Counted from the first letter of the stretch, positions 25,526-38,039 are shown. The stretch is 64,000 nt of DNA from Squalus acanthias (GCA_030390025.1 CM059431.1:112904001-112968000), one strand, 5' to 3'. A program made the numbers and translations. Notes: generated by a model from the sequence alone, not told the origin.

Positions 25526-26512
25526 GCTGCTGGCAGATATCTCCGTTGGGGAAACGCTCAGTCCAAGCGGGGAGAGGGTTTTCCAAGGAAGTCCCACAGT
25601 TGAGAGATAGAAGTTGCAGCACCTCCGACTTCGGTAGGACTGCTAAATAGGTTCTGCCACCTGCAACTGTTCCCTGATGAAAGCTCCGTTTTAATGGTGG
25701 AGCTGTAGCTGTGAGGAGGCCACTCACTTGTCAACCCGCCAGGATTAGCTGGCGTGGTTTAGGAGGGCCGTGCAACACATGGAAAATGTGGTAAAATAAC
25801 AAAGGCCTGTCAAAATAGGATTATAGAGACCCTTAACCACTTGTTAAGGGTCTTAACTACCTCTCTCGACTGATGGAGGCGGGACCGAATCGCACCCATG
25901 AAACCTGCCTCCAGCAAAATTTTTGCGATTTTCCCAACTGTCCCGCTTCCAAACCCGCCTCCTCGGGGCTGGGAAAATCGCGGCCATTGTGTGCAAATTA
26001 TATAAATTGGATGCTTGGTTTTGCACTGGTGGTATTTAATGTTAATTGCCTGCATATCTGAATAGCGAGTAAATAATAGAAAGCTCTACATATATGTTAC
26101 GGAAATATCATGCCTGGACAATGAAGCTGCAATTAAGTTAATAAGAGAAAATTGGTGAGATTTGAAAGCAATTGGGAATATATATTGAAGGTCTCTTTGG
26201 CATTATCTTTCTTTAATCCATACCAGTGTCTTTGGGGAATTTTAACCCGGAACAGCGCGTGGGTTTAGGTGCGGTGGGGGAGGGGGCGTTAAAGTGACTG
26301 AAAATGCATTCGCGTCCAGAAGCTGGCTCCAATGCGCCGACTTCCGGGTTTAACTCGGGCGTGTTGGGCTGGTTCCGGAGAGGCGGGTTAGTAATTTAAA
26401 TATGTTAATCGCTCCATTGTAGCAAATATTTCAACCTATATTCAAATTTAACGGCGCATCCACAGGTTTCCCAGACTTCCTGAAACTTGCCATTGAAAAA
26501 AAGACTTAAAAG

Positions 26513-26978
26513 GCAGACTTGCATTTATATAGCGCCTTTCACGGCCTCAGGACAGCCCAAAGCGCTTTACAGCCAATTAAATACTTTTTGAAGTGTAGTC
26601 ACTGTTGTAATGTAGGAAACGCGGCAGCCAATTTGCACACAGCAAGATCCCACAAACAGCAATGTGATAATAACCAGATAATCTGTTTTTTTAGTGATGT
26701 TGATTGAGGGATAAATATTGGTCAGGACTCCTCTGCTCTTCTTCAAAATATTGCCATGGGATCTTTTGCGTCCACCTGAGAGAGCAGACAGGGCCTCGGT
26801 TTATCCAAAATATGGCACCTTCGATAGCGCAGCACTCTCTCACTAGTGTAGCACTCCTTCAGTACTGCATTGGAGTGTCAGCCTAGATTTTGTGCTCAAG
26901 TCTCTGGAGTGGGATTTGAACCCACAACCTTCATGACTCGGTAGGTGAGTGTGCTACCCACTGAGCCACAACTAACAC
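26513..26978 (-). mobile_element. Deu-domain SINE, full length
   Basis: tRNA head (GTGGCTCAGTGGGTAGCAC..GGTTCAAATCCC on minus), core and tail. Confidence 0.9.
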
Positions 26979-27099
26979 CAAGCTGAAAACTTAATGGCAA
27001 TTCATGGAGCTCATTAAAAGTCAGGCAAATACAGCAATATATACTCAGTGCTCACAACTGGTTTCTTACCCACCACTGGGAAAAGGTTTGTTGAGAGTG

Positions 27100-28160
27100 C
27101 TTGTGGTGAGAGGTTAGATTTTACTCATTGGAGGTTTTGAGAATCAGATCAGGATGGGTGGCACCTTGGCTGAGTTGGATTGAACCTTGGACGTGAAGCA
27201 AGAGGACCATCAACAGCCTGCTGTGGAGAGACCTGCAGGTGTTGAGCAGAGAGGGGAGCAGCAGAGAGTGGAGCGGCTCGCAGGAGGCACTAACCGCGTA
27301 ACAGGGTGTACAGACAAAGGCTCAGCTTTCTAGACCTCGCGGAAAAGCAGTGTTTCCGGAGGCTGAAGTCATCATGTCAGTTGGTGGCAGACATCTGAAG
27401 CCTTCGAGAAGAAGGCCTGCTGGACCTGGTGGCCATGCATTACCAGTCACTTACTCCCTCCCTCAACTGGCGCTGCCAGAGACATATCCAGGATCTCCCA
27501 GTTGGCTGCACACAAATGCATAAGGCAGGTCACTGATGGGATGGTTGCCAGGGCTGGCGGTTATGCCAACTCCGCCTGTGATGATGCCAGTCAGAATGAG
27601 CGGGCGCATGGGTTTGGTCTCTGGCTGGTTTCTCACAGGTGCGGGGCGTCATCGACTGCACACACATGGCAATCCGCGCATCCCCAGACCAACCAGGAGT
27701 ATTCGTAAACCACAAGGGCTTCCACTCCATCAATGTACAGCTGGTGTGCAACCGCAAGAAAATGTTTCTGCAGGTACACCAGATTCCTAGGGAGCTGCCA
27801 TGATACTTTTGTCCTGGGGCAGTCCAAGCTCCCTGATATCTTTGAACCTGCAAGCAGATTTAAGTGGTAGCTGCTAGGAGACACCTTTCCTGACCTCGTT
27901 AGATCATTAAAGTGCTTCCTGCACTGATGCCAGGAGTGTGGCACAATGCTCCTGCTGCTGACCTCCTGGGCCTGGGCCACATCCAGCCATGCCTTCTCTG
28001 TAGCAGCAACAGGTTTCTTCCTCGTGTTGCTGGGGAAGATTATCTCTCCCCAGCTCCTCACAGCCCCCAGCAGTACATCAAGCGAGGCGTCATTAAAGCA
28101 GGGTGCAGCCTTGGAGCGTCCCTAGTTCATATTCTGCAATTGCTGTCTCTGTGCCAAACC
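27100..28160. mobile_element. Internally deleted Harbinger: 5' transposase (+) joined to Myb/SANT exon 1 (-)
   Basis: + strand encodes ..IDCTHMAI..VNHKGFHSINVQLVC..HDTF with frameshifts; minus ORF 27633..28061 has SWHQCRKHFNDLTRSGK; junction ~27880. Confidence 0.85.
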
Positions 28161-28191
28161 TCGCAACTCCTCTATGAGTCTATGATACTAT

Positions 28192-29036
28192 GGGGGCGAT
28201 TTTCCCAGCCCTGGGGAGGCGGATATGGAGGTGGGACTGCCGGGAAAATGGCAGAATCTGGGAGCGGGTACCCATCCTGCCCCAACCCGCCTCCGTGCCA
28301 TCTTCCCAGGAGGCGGGTACCCGACCTGCGCCGGGTCCCATCTCCTCGAGGCCAGAAGGGGATTAGTGCCAATTAACTACCTGTTAACAGGTAGTTAACA
28401 TACAGTTTTTTGGCTAATCCCTATTTTGAGACCTAAAGTGTGGGCTTCCCGACGGCTCCGAACCTCGCCAGGGTCAGCGAGGCGAGCTGTGGGTCTGCGG
28501 GGGTCGGAGGGGCCGAAATGTCCAGTGTGCAGGTGAGTGATGAGTGCAAGTGTGGAGAGGTAAGTGTGTGAGGTGAGTCTAAAGTGTTTTAATAAGATTA
28601 CTTACCTTTGCTTCTTCCTCCAGGCTTCATCCCTTTAGGCTGCGGAGCTGCCTCATCTCTCCGGCAGAGAAAGCAGAATGGCCGTTGCATTCTTAAATGC
28701 AGCAGCCTTCTGCTTTCTGCTCAGGAAAGCTTTCTGAGTGAGTCTTGAATAAAGGACTCAACTTAGAAGACAGCTTGTCAGTGTTTGACAGCTTCACAGA
28801 GCTGTCAAACGATGACAATTCATCTGTCAAAAAATCTTGACAGATGAAACTTCATACGCTGACGTTCTCTGTCACCGGCTTTCCCTTAATTGGCCTGCTA
28901 AGCCTGCTGGGCGGGCTTAACAAGGTCAATCAAGGGAAAATAGCGTGGGTTGGCCGGACATCAATGGAGGCGGGACTAAAACCCGACAAGCAGCAGTCCC
29001 GCCTCCAACACGTCCCCAATGATAAAATCACCCCCC
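28192..29036. mobile_element. Harbinger-type MITE
   Basis: Left TIR GGGGGCGATTTTCCC, identical to the left TIR of 21786-25985; right end AAAATCACCCCC; right half is homologous to ~34430-34676. Confidence 0.85.
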
Positions 29037-29069
29037 ATGATTCCATCTTTGGATTGGCCCTTTTGAATT

Positions 29070-29508
29070 GTGTCAGCTATGGCTCAGTTGGTAGCACTCT
29101 CACCTCTGAGTCAGAAGGTTGTGGGTTCAAGTCCCACTCCAGAAATTTGAGCACAAAAATCTAAGCTGCTATTCCAGTGCAGTATTGAGCAAGTGCTGCA
29201 CTGTCAGAGGTGCTGTCTTTTGGATGAGACATTAAACTGAGGCCCCGGGCGTCTGCTCTCTCTCAGGTGGATGTAAAAGAATGAGCAGGGGATTCATCCC
29301 TGGTGTCCTGGCCAATGTTTATCTCCTAATCAACATAACAAAAACAGATTATCTGGTCATTATCACATTGCTGTTTGTGGGAGCTTGCTGTGTGCAAATT
29401 GGCTGCCGCCTTTCCTACATTACAACAGTGACTACACTTCATTGGCTGTAAAGCACTTTGGGACGTCCAGTGGTCATGAAAGGCGCTATATAAATGCAAG
29501 TCTTTCTT
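29070..29508 (+). mobile_element. Deu-domain SINE, full length
   Basis: A box TGGCTCAGTTGG, B box GGTTCAAGTCCC, core and tail. Confidence 0.92.
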
Positions 29509-29728
29509 TAGATACTGGAGTTGAGATCACATCATGCAGGTCCGCACCATGCCCGCTGCAGCCAAACGTGGAAGTAAAATTATATTGAGGTCTCTGTGTT
29601 AATATGCCACAGAAAGATGCGCTGAAATTACTTCTGGGTTTTCCACGTGATATCAGACTCCCAACGCGCATCGAAGTTAATATCGGGGCCATTCTCACTC
29701 TCACTGTATATTTTTCTTTAAAAAACCA

Positions 29729-31328
29729 TGGGGGAGACTTTCAGCTGCTGGCAGTTCGTTTCTCGCCTGGAAAATGGGCAACTGGTAGTTGCAACTCTGG
29801 TGCTGACCTCATGCGCCCATTTGCCTTCCTGAATCGGCTTTCAGGCAGGCTTTGAAATGGGTGCCCAGCACTCCCGCCAGACTGTTTAGCTTCAGCCTGT
29901 TGTATGGCCCGACAGCAACATTCAAAAGAGAAATGGGCAGAGCGAGCATGGTGCATGCCACTCCCATTTCTCCAGGCATTGAGGGGCCTAACTGAAGATC
30001 CTTAAAGGGATTGCTGGAGGCTTCTCCAAAAAGGTAGGTTTTGGGGGGGTTTTAAATGCTTTTTGTGGAGCCAGGAGGAATATGAAAGCTCCTCCTGGAT
30101 CCACTAAAAGTCTTCCAGCCAGATTGTGAAGGAATAAACTATATAACCTTTTTAGAAAAATACACTATCTTATGAAAGAATTCTGGCCTTGTTGAGATAA
30201 GACAGTTGTTGACTCTGAATAAATAACCTTATTAAAATAGAAGAATGGGTGGCTCCGAATGGGTGGCCTTGTTGGAACAGAACAATGGTCAACCCTGGGT
30301 AAATGATCTTGATTATACCTCTTAAAGATGACACATGGGATAAGGGACATCTGCCCTTCACACCTTCTATATGGTGAACCCAGAACACCTGGAGATGTGG
30401 CAGAATCTGGAATATTACAAGCTGACGTGGCAGTAAGAATTGCAGAAGTCAGCAGAAAGATGAATAGTGATAATTAACTTGGATCAGCAGAAACCTTAAG
30501 GAATACAACTGAAAAAGGATATAAATATTGAAGTCTCAAATGGGATATCAGAATCGCTTTAATCGGGCTAGGCGATTCTCGACTACAGAGACGGCTCTGT
30601 AGTCTTTCACTCTTTGTACCTCGGGGATCAAAGGTAATTTGATATTGATGGATATCCTGTATAGAAAATTTTAAGAACTGTAATACTGTAGCGAAGTTAA
30701 GATTTAAAAGTAAGATTCTCTGTTAAAAATAAGATCATATTTTTTCTCTTTTTAGAACTGTTAACATTGCGATTGACTGATTCACCAACTGTAAATTGCA
30801 TGTCGGTTCTTTTAATAAATCTCTATATATTTTTAGAATTGTCTCACATAAATCTTCTGTATCAATAACTCGCAAATCCAATCTCTGTACACTCTTTGGT
30901 GGAGAGGTACATTTCTGAGGGGAGATCTCCGGACCCTCATAATATCCGGGACGTTACAGTCTGGCTAAACTTATTAAAAGTGCTATCTGGAGGACGGTAA
31001 CATTATCGGGTTGTTCCTTTCCTTTAGGGGGATATAGCCCGGACCTTTAGACCCAGTTAAGCATCTTCAGGATTCGGCTACCTCAATCTTTAGTTGAAAG
31101 TGAACATCTGAGAAATACGCCTGATCCGGGATAGCCCCAAAGGGGCTAGGACTAGTAAATATCCTTTCAAGATGTCGGCTCATTCATACCTCGACATCGG
31201 CTCTCACCTCGTGGATTTTTCACCTGTTCGCTGATTTTCTGCCTCTGGATGGCAGCATTGGGAATCACCAACATCATGCCCATTTGGCACCCACACCAAA
31301 AGTCTCACCAACGTGTAAATTCTGCGCT
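29729..31328. mobile_element. Harbinger-type MITE interrupted by a solo LTR
   Basis: Left GGGGGAGACTTTC, right AAATTTCTGCGC (degenerate). Confidence 0.5.
30125..31169 (+). mobile_element. Solo LTR, 1045 bp, ERV-like
   Basis: TGTGAAGGA...TCCTTTCA; 4-bp TSD AGAT (30121-24, 31170-73); TATAAA at 30520, AATAAA at 30814. Confidence 0.85.
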
Positions 31329-32312
31329 TACCAAAGTGACGGATGTGGGGAGTGGAGCACTTTTCCTTCTTTTGTCACCCAGTATCAAGCATTTCCAGCT
31401 CAGACATATTACAGCCTGAAGCAGAATATAACCACAGCTGTCTAATAACCTGTCTCAGTGGCAGCTTTAAAAGAGAAATCTCTACTTCACTAGTATGCAT
31501 TTTTCCACTTCTCTCACCAGAGATCCGTATGGTCTCTCTGAGTAAGATTGTCAAATTTATGTAAATTAGTGTCAATTTTTTTTATACTGTAAGACTTGGA
31601 TGAAGAGCCTGGATCTATCCTGGAGCATGCCACCAAGGTTGTTAGAAGTTGGAAGGAAAATAATGTAATACAAATAATGGTGGCGAGACAATGCTTAGAT
31701 CTGGTTTCAAAAGCCTGAAGATTGCAGAAGGAAAAGAAAACGAAGGAAAGGAAACTTAGGAGGTAAAGAGTTGCACAGATTTGAGGTCCCCCAACACCTC
31801 ACATTTCTCATCCTTGTGTTTAAATTCCTTCCTGGACTCTCTACTCCCTATCTCTCTATCTCAAACTTTACAAATATGAGAAGAAATCCCTCTCAGAATT
31901 GGCAGGAGCAGCACAGCTTACAATGGATTTCATTTTAAATGTATAGAAATAATCTTTGAATACAGCGCTGCCTTAATTTCAGTGCATATTCCGACTCGCT
32001 CACACTGCCTTTTTTCAGGGTACAGTACTCCAACATTGTGGCAGTCTCTTTGGAACCAGTCAGCAGGAGGCTAAATGATGGGTATAAAGTAATGTACCTA
32101 AATCCACAGGAGAAATGCTTTAAAAGAGTGTCAGAACTGATCACATTCCTCTTACCAATGACCATTGGAGACTGGAGTAATATTAATACTATGTGGGAGG
32201 ATGGTCAAGTTACAAAATCTCAGTTAATTAGAGCCATACAACCCTAGAAGTTCACAGCACAATAGGAGGCCATTTGGCCCATCATGCCTGTGCCGTCTCT
32301 TTACTTTTTAAA

Positions 32313-32740
32313 ACATTCATTCACAGGATGTGGGCGTCATTGGCAAGGCCAGCATTTATTGCCCATCTCTACTTGCCCTTGAGAAGGTGGTGGTGAGCTG
32401 CATCTTGAACCACTGCAGTATCTCTTTGTAGCAGTTTGGTACAACTGAGTGGCTTGCTAGACCATTTCACAGGGCAGTTAAGAGTCAACCACATTGCTGT
32501 GGGTCTGGAGTCACATATAGGCCAGACCGGGTAAGGATGGCAGGTTTCCTTCCCTAGTGAACCAGATAGGTTTTTCTGACAATCTGGTAGTTTCATGCTG
32601 TCACTAGTTTTTTTTATTCCAGATTTATTTAATTAACTGAATTTAAATTCCACAGCTGCCATGTGAGATTTGCATTCATGTCTCCAGATCATTAGTCCAG
32701 GCTGGATTACTAGTCCAGTAACATAACCACTATGCTACTG
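32313..32740 (-). mobile_element. tRNA-derived SINE sharing its 3' tail with LINE family B
   Basis: Minus-strand head GTAGCATAGTGGTTATGTTACTGGACTAGTAATCCAG; tail CACCACCTTCTCAAGGGCAA..GATGGGCAATAAATGCTGGCC. Confidence 0.8.
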
Positions 32741-33075
32741 TTCACATGTTCCATCTCTTTGCTAGAGCAATCTAAAACTAATCGCACCGCCTCCACTCTC
32801 TCCATGCTCCTGTATCTTTCTCTGCTTCAAATATTTATCCAGTTTTCCCTTAAAAGACGTTATGGTTTCTGCCTCAACTATTCCCTGTAGCAAAGCATTC
32901 CATGCTCCAACAACCCTCTGTGTAAAGAACCTTCTCATAACCTCCCTCCTCACTCTCAGTGAATTAAGTTGGTGTTTCCTTATCAGTGACTCCCCAATCA
33001 GAGAAAATTGTTTTTCCCTGTTGACAATTTTAAAAAGCCTCTATTAAATCTCCTCTTAGCCTTCTTTGCTTCAGT

Positions 33076-33965
33076 GGAAAAATTTGGTTGTTTTGCACCT
33101 CCCATTAGCGCCCTACTAACAGGGCGCAAAGCAACTAGCGCCTGGGCGCGGCGATGTTTGCGGCGCTCACGAAATTGACCAGACATTTTGTGGCAGCGCT
33201 AAACACTACTGCCACGATCACCTGCACCCGCAGATTGTGACGTCAGTCGAGCGTGCAACGCCCCGGTAGCGCCCCGGTAGCACCCCGGACCGGATATTGA
33301 GTGGTGCCCCCTGCCTTTCTGCCTGCCACTAGCAACGACAGATTGAGGGGAACGTTTTGCAGTCGGGAAGGGATGGGGGAGCGCTGTTTAAAGGCAGCCG
33401 CTTCCTGCCTTGTTTTGTCGGTGACATTTTTGCACCACACATTCTGAGAGAGAGAGAGAGAGACTTCTGGAGAGATTCAATGCTGTGTGAAGGAGTTTTG
33501 GGTACTGAGCAGCACTTTGCAGGTTCATTTTGATTTGATCTTCCTTGCATCGATTTAGAAGAGACTAGGGCTGCACTCTGAGCTCTTTCCCTGGGTCTCT
33601 CCATTGTTCTTTCCAGCAGAATTGATGTACAGGTCTCTCCAAGCCGACATTCAAGGCTGCAATAAGCAGGGTGTGGATGGAGAGCAAGATCGACCCTCCC
33701 CTTTAAGAACTGGCCGGCGCCAGTGTGTCTGTATTCCATTGCTAACTGACATCACATGAGCTTCGCCAGCGCTCTGAGGTAGCGCCTCGCTCCTCGGCGT
33801 TAGCACCTTAAGAGAGGTTTGTAGCACCTTATTTAGCGCTCCAATCACCTCCAGGGGCGATAGAAGCCAAGTTTGCAAGCGGAGGTGATAATTAGCACCA
33901 GGTGCTAAATTTTGCGCCCGGCCAATAATTGCGCCCCAAACGGGGCGATACCGAATTTCTCCCCC
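33076..33965. mobile_element. Harbinger-derived non-autonomous element
   Basis: Ends GGAAAAATTTGG / CCGAATTTCTCCCCC; internal minus-strand remnant MERPRERAQ resembles the Myb gene start; left part homologous to 61071-61555. Confidence 0.75.
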
Positions 33966-34206
33966 AGTCTCTCATAACGATAGTTTCCCATCTCTGGCCT
34001 TATCCTGGGGTTAGTCTATATTGTATGCTCGCTATGGTTTTAATTTCCTTTCTATAATGGGGCACCCAATGGTACAAAGTACCATGACAGTAATCTAACT
34101 GTGGCATAATCAATAGTTTGTAAAAATGTATTATTACTTCTTTACTCTTGTACTGTATGTCACTATTTATAAAACTTAAAAAGCTGTTCGACTTTAATAA
34201 GTTCAA

Positions 34207-34676
34207 CTACTTGTACTCGCATTTTATGGGAATTATGGGTGAGAAATTAGCCATTTTTAGGGAATGATCCCTGCGCTGCAACAGGTAGGCCCAAGGCCCA
34301 TCCAATATTTTGTCTTGGGCCTCATTTAAATGACACCAGCAAGCTGCAGACACCTGCTGGGTATCCCCATGCAGCTCATCGGTGACGAGGATTTCCATTT
34401 TGGACCACTGTTTCACTGACAGCAGTGGGAGGTGCTGAGGAGCTGTCAAACGATGACAATTCATCTGTCAAAAATTTTTGACAGATGAAACGTCATATGC
34501 TGACGTTCTCTGTAACCGGCTTCCCCTTAATTGGCCTGCTAAGCCCGCTGGGCGGGCTTAACAAGGTCAATCAAGGGAAAATAGTGTGGGTTGGCCTGAA
34601 GTTGATGGAGGCGGGACTGAAACCCGACAAGTGGGAGTCCCGCCTCCAAAAGCTCCCCATTGGCAAAATCCAGCCC
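34207..34676. mobile_element. Right half of a Harbinger-type MITE (family of 28192-29036)
   Basis: About 240 bp highly similar to 28800-29036; ends AAAATCCAGCCC. Confidence 0.8.
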
Positions 34677-36540
34677 TTTGTATCTGTCTTCACAGTAGAA
34701 GACAAAAAAAACATTCCGGAAATAATGGGAAACCAAGGGTCTAGAGAGAATGAGGAACTTAAAGAAATCAGTATAAGTAAAGACATAGTACTGGAGAAAT
34801 TAATGGGACTAAGTGGCGACAAATCCCCTGGACCTGATGACCTGCATCCTAGGGTTTTAAAAGAGGTAGCTGCAGAGATAGTGGATGCACTGGTATTAAT
34901 CTTCCAGAATTCCCTAGATTCTAGAACAGTCCCCAAGGATTGTAAGGTAGCAAACATAACCCTGCTATTTAAGAAAGGAGGAAGAGAAAAAATGGGGAAC
35001 TATAGGCCAGTTAGCCTGATATCAGTAGTAGGCAAAATGCTGGAATATATTATTAGGAACGTGGCGACAAGGCACTTAGAAAATCGTAATAGAATTAGGC
35101 AGAGTCAACATGGTTTTATGAAAGGAAAATCGTGTTTGACAAATCTGTTAGAGTTTTTTGATGATGTAACTAATAGGATGGATAAGGGGGAAACCAGTCG
35201 ATGTGGTGTATTTGGATTTTCAAAAAGCATTCGATAAGGTGCCACACAAGAGGATTGGGGATAATATCTTAGCATGGATTGAGGATTGGTTAATGGACAG
35301 AAAACAGAGAGTAGGAATAAACGAGACCTTTTCAGGTTGGCAGGCTGTAACTAGCGGGGTACCGCAAGGATCAGTGCTTGGGCCTCAGCTAGTTACAATC
35401 TATATTAATGACTTAGATAAAGGAACTGAGTGTAATGTATCCAAGTTTGCTGATGATACAAATTTAGGTGGGAAAGTAAGCAGTGAGGAGGATGCAAAGA
35501 GGCTGCAGAGAGTTATAGACAGGTTGACTGAGTGGGCAAGAACATAGCAAATGGAATACAATGTGGGGAAGTGTGAAATTATCCACTTTGGTAGGAAAAA
35601 CAAAAAAGCAGAATATTTTTTGAATGGTGAGAGACTGGGAAATGTTTGCATTCAGAGGGACCTGGATGTCCTTGTACATGAATCACAGAAAGTTATCATG
35701 CAGGTACAGCAAGCAATTAGGAAAGCAAATGGTATGTTAGCTTTTGTTACAAAGGGATTAGAGTATAAAATAATTTATTTGTTCATGGGATGTGGACGTT
35801 GCTGGTAAGGCCAGCATTTATTGCCCTTCCCTAGTTGCCCTTGAGAAGGTGGTGGTGAGCCACCTTCTTGAACCGCTGCAGTCCGTGTGGTGAAGGTACT
35901 CCCACAGTGCTTTTAGGGAGGGAGTTCCAGGATTTTGACCCAGCAACGATGAAGTAAAGAAGTCATACTACAATTATACAGTGCATTGGTGAGGTCACAC
36001 CTGGAGTACTGTGTACAATTCTGGTCTCCTTACCTAAGGAAAGACATACTTGCCTTAGAGGGAGTACAACGAAGGTTCACTAGACTGGTTCCTGGGATGA
36101 GGGGATTGCCCTATGAGGAGAGATTGAGTAGACTAAGCCTATATTCCCTAGAGTTTAGAAGAATGAGAGGTGATCTAATTGAAACATAAAATTCTTAAGG
36201 GGCTTGACAGAGTTAATGCTGAGAAAATGTTTCCCTTGGCTGGGGAATCTAGAACACGGGGTCACAGTCTTGGAATAAGGGGTCGGGCATTTAGGACTGA
36301 GATGAAGAGAAATTTCTTCACTCAAAGGTTTGTGAATCTTTGGAATTCTCTACCCCAGAGAGCTGTGGATGCTCAGACATTGAGTATATTCAAGACAGAG
36401 ATTGATAAATTTTGGGGAATTAAGGGATATGAGGATAGTGCGGGAAGGTGGAGTTGAGATAGAAGATCAGCCATGATCTCATTGAATGGCGGAGCAGGCT
36501 CGAAGGGCCAAATGGCCCACTCCAGCTCCTATTTTTTATG
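34677..36540 (+). mobile_element. CR1 LINE (RT domain to 3' tail), with a LINE-B tail inserted at ~35770-35954 on the minus strand
   Basis: [47 protein letters not shown]. Confidence 0.95.
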
Positions 36541-36757
36541 TGCGCGCAGCCCACCTGCCCTATTAGACATTCAGGCACCCGTTACACGCCTGAAAAATGG
36601 ATGCAGTAGCATTGAATTTCTGGGCCAAAGTGTTTGAACAACACAATTAAATTAAACATTTAATTGGCTTTGAAGCATATAAATGCAATTTCTTTCTTTT
36701 TGCTTAAGAACTTGACATTTTTAGCTTTCCAAGTTCTCTCTCTATTTTTCTGTCTAT

Positions 36758-37500
36758 GGGCCGAAAATTGATCCCGGGACGCGAGAGTACGCACTGCGTA
36801 CTCTCGCGTATTCCCACTCCAATTGCCGGTTTACTGCATGCCCTGCGCATGCGCTGAAAACCGGCAATTGCTCTTCCGAAAAGGGGGCGGGGCCTGGGTG
36901 CATCGCGTGCGCGCTACAGGCTGCGCGCACGCTGTGCACTTCATGCTTTGGACGCGCAGGTAAGTAGGGAAGATTTTGGAAATGTAAAAAGGAGGAGTAA
37001 GACCCGCTTTTAAGAAGGTAAGTAGTGAATTAAGTATTTTTTTGAATTTTTTTGTACAGGTATATCTTTTTTATAGACTTTAAAGACAGGTAAGTTTATT
37101 TTTATAACTTTTTAAAAGATTTTAAATTTTTTCAAAAATTTAATTTTTTATTTAAAATGGTTAATTTAATTAACTATACTTATTTTATTAATGTGATGGT
37201 TTTTTTTTAAATTTAATTGAGGTTTAGCTGTTATTTTGGGGGGGTGTAAGATTCATAAGTCTCACAGCCATGCTGTGAGACTTATGAATGGAAGATGGTG
37301 TGCTGCCATTGGCTCTAACTGAGTCACGTGATCCCACAGCTCGCACGAATTCACTACGCCGCTGGGATACGCAAGCCCAGCACAGCTGATGTCTGGAACA
37401 TCAAGTTCGTGCGAGCTGGATCAGAAAAAGCATAAGCGAGGTGAGACATCGCGGGGAAGGCTTACCCCCGCGGGAACAGAGCGAGATCAATTTCTGGGCC
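36758..37500. mobile_element. Harbinger-type MITE with TAT TSD and internal palindromes
   Basis: TIRs GGGCCGAAAATTGATC / GATCAATTTCTGGGCC; TAT on both flanks. Confidence 0.9.
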
Positions 37501-38039
37501 TATATCTTTAGCTTTTCTTTTCTACTACACTCCCTTCCTGGCTCTATCTCTTTACTAGAGAATATCCTGGATGCTCAAATGAATTATGCTTGCCAGTCAA
37601 TGATTAGTAATAGATTGTCCTGAAAGCCAACATGCTCCATGGAATTTGCATACCTTCTATGAGAAAGAATATGATTGGACGATTGCAGACAATTTTATTT
37701 GTTGCCCCTCTATTCCCCAAAGCTTACTGAGGTTGAAAAGGCTAAGAATTTTCAACTAATGGTATTATTTCTCTGACAGGGAGGAAACCTGTTTTTGTAG
37801 ATTCTCTGGTCTGTAATCAGCCACTGCGAGGTATGCAAGATAAGCCCTTTTTTTTAAACCTTGCTTCAAATTTTTGTTCTTTTACGTTTACATGTGAACA
37901 TAACGCATCTGGTCAGTCATGCCTCATGAGAGTAATTACATAGATTATACAGCATGACAAATAAATATGATGTGCCCAATCCTGGATAGACCTGTCACAA
38001 AATCTGCATTCTCTTGCTGTAGAATTTGCTTGGGCTTTC

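Larger units (their letters stand above)
21786..25985. mobile_element. Full-length PIF/Harbinger DNA transposon, 4.2 kb
   Basis: TIRs GGGGGCGATTTTCCC / GGGAAAATCGCGGCC; ATT TSD at 21783-85 and 25986-88; two convergent genes. Confidence 0.95.
32245..34200 (-). mobile_element. Old CR1 3' region interrupted by a SINE (32313-32740) and a MITE (33076-33965)
   Basis: RRFFTQRVVGAWNAL (ORF 32762..32953) and FYKLLIMPQLDYC..W.PHYRK (ORF 34000..34206); tail at ~32245-32300. Confidence 0.75.

Noticed and set aside
29075..29140. tRNA gene (also ~26905-26975, ~46105-46175, ~53495-53565)
   Set aside because: A and B boxes belong to SINE heads that continue into SINE bodies.
31383..31445. Possible exon YQAFPAQTYYSLKQNITTAV*
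   Set aside because: Only an acceptor-like motif; no supporting partner exon or homology.
34485..35237. 250-aa ORF joining a novel N-terminus to a CR1 RT
   Set aside because: The N-terminus is MITE terminal sequence (same peptide in ORF 28844..29164); a chance in-frame fusion with no sign of function.
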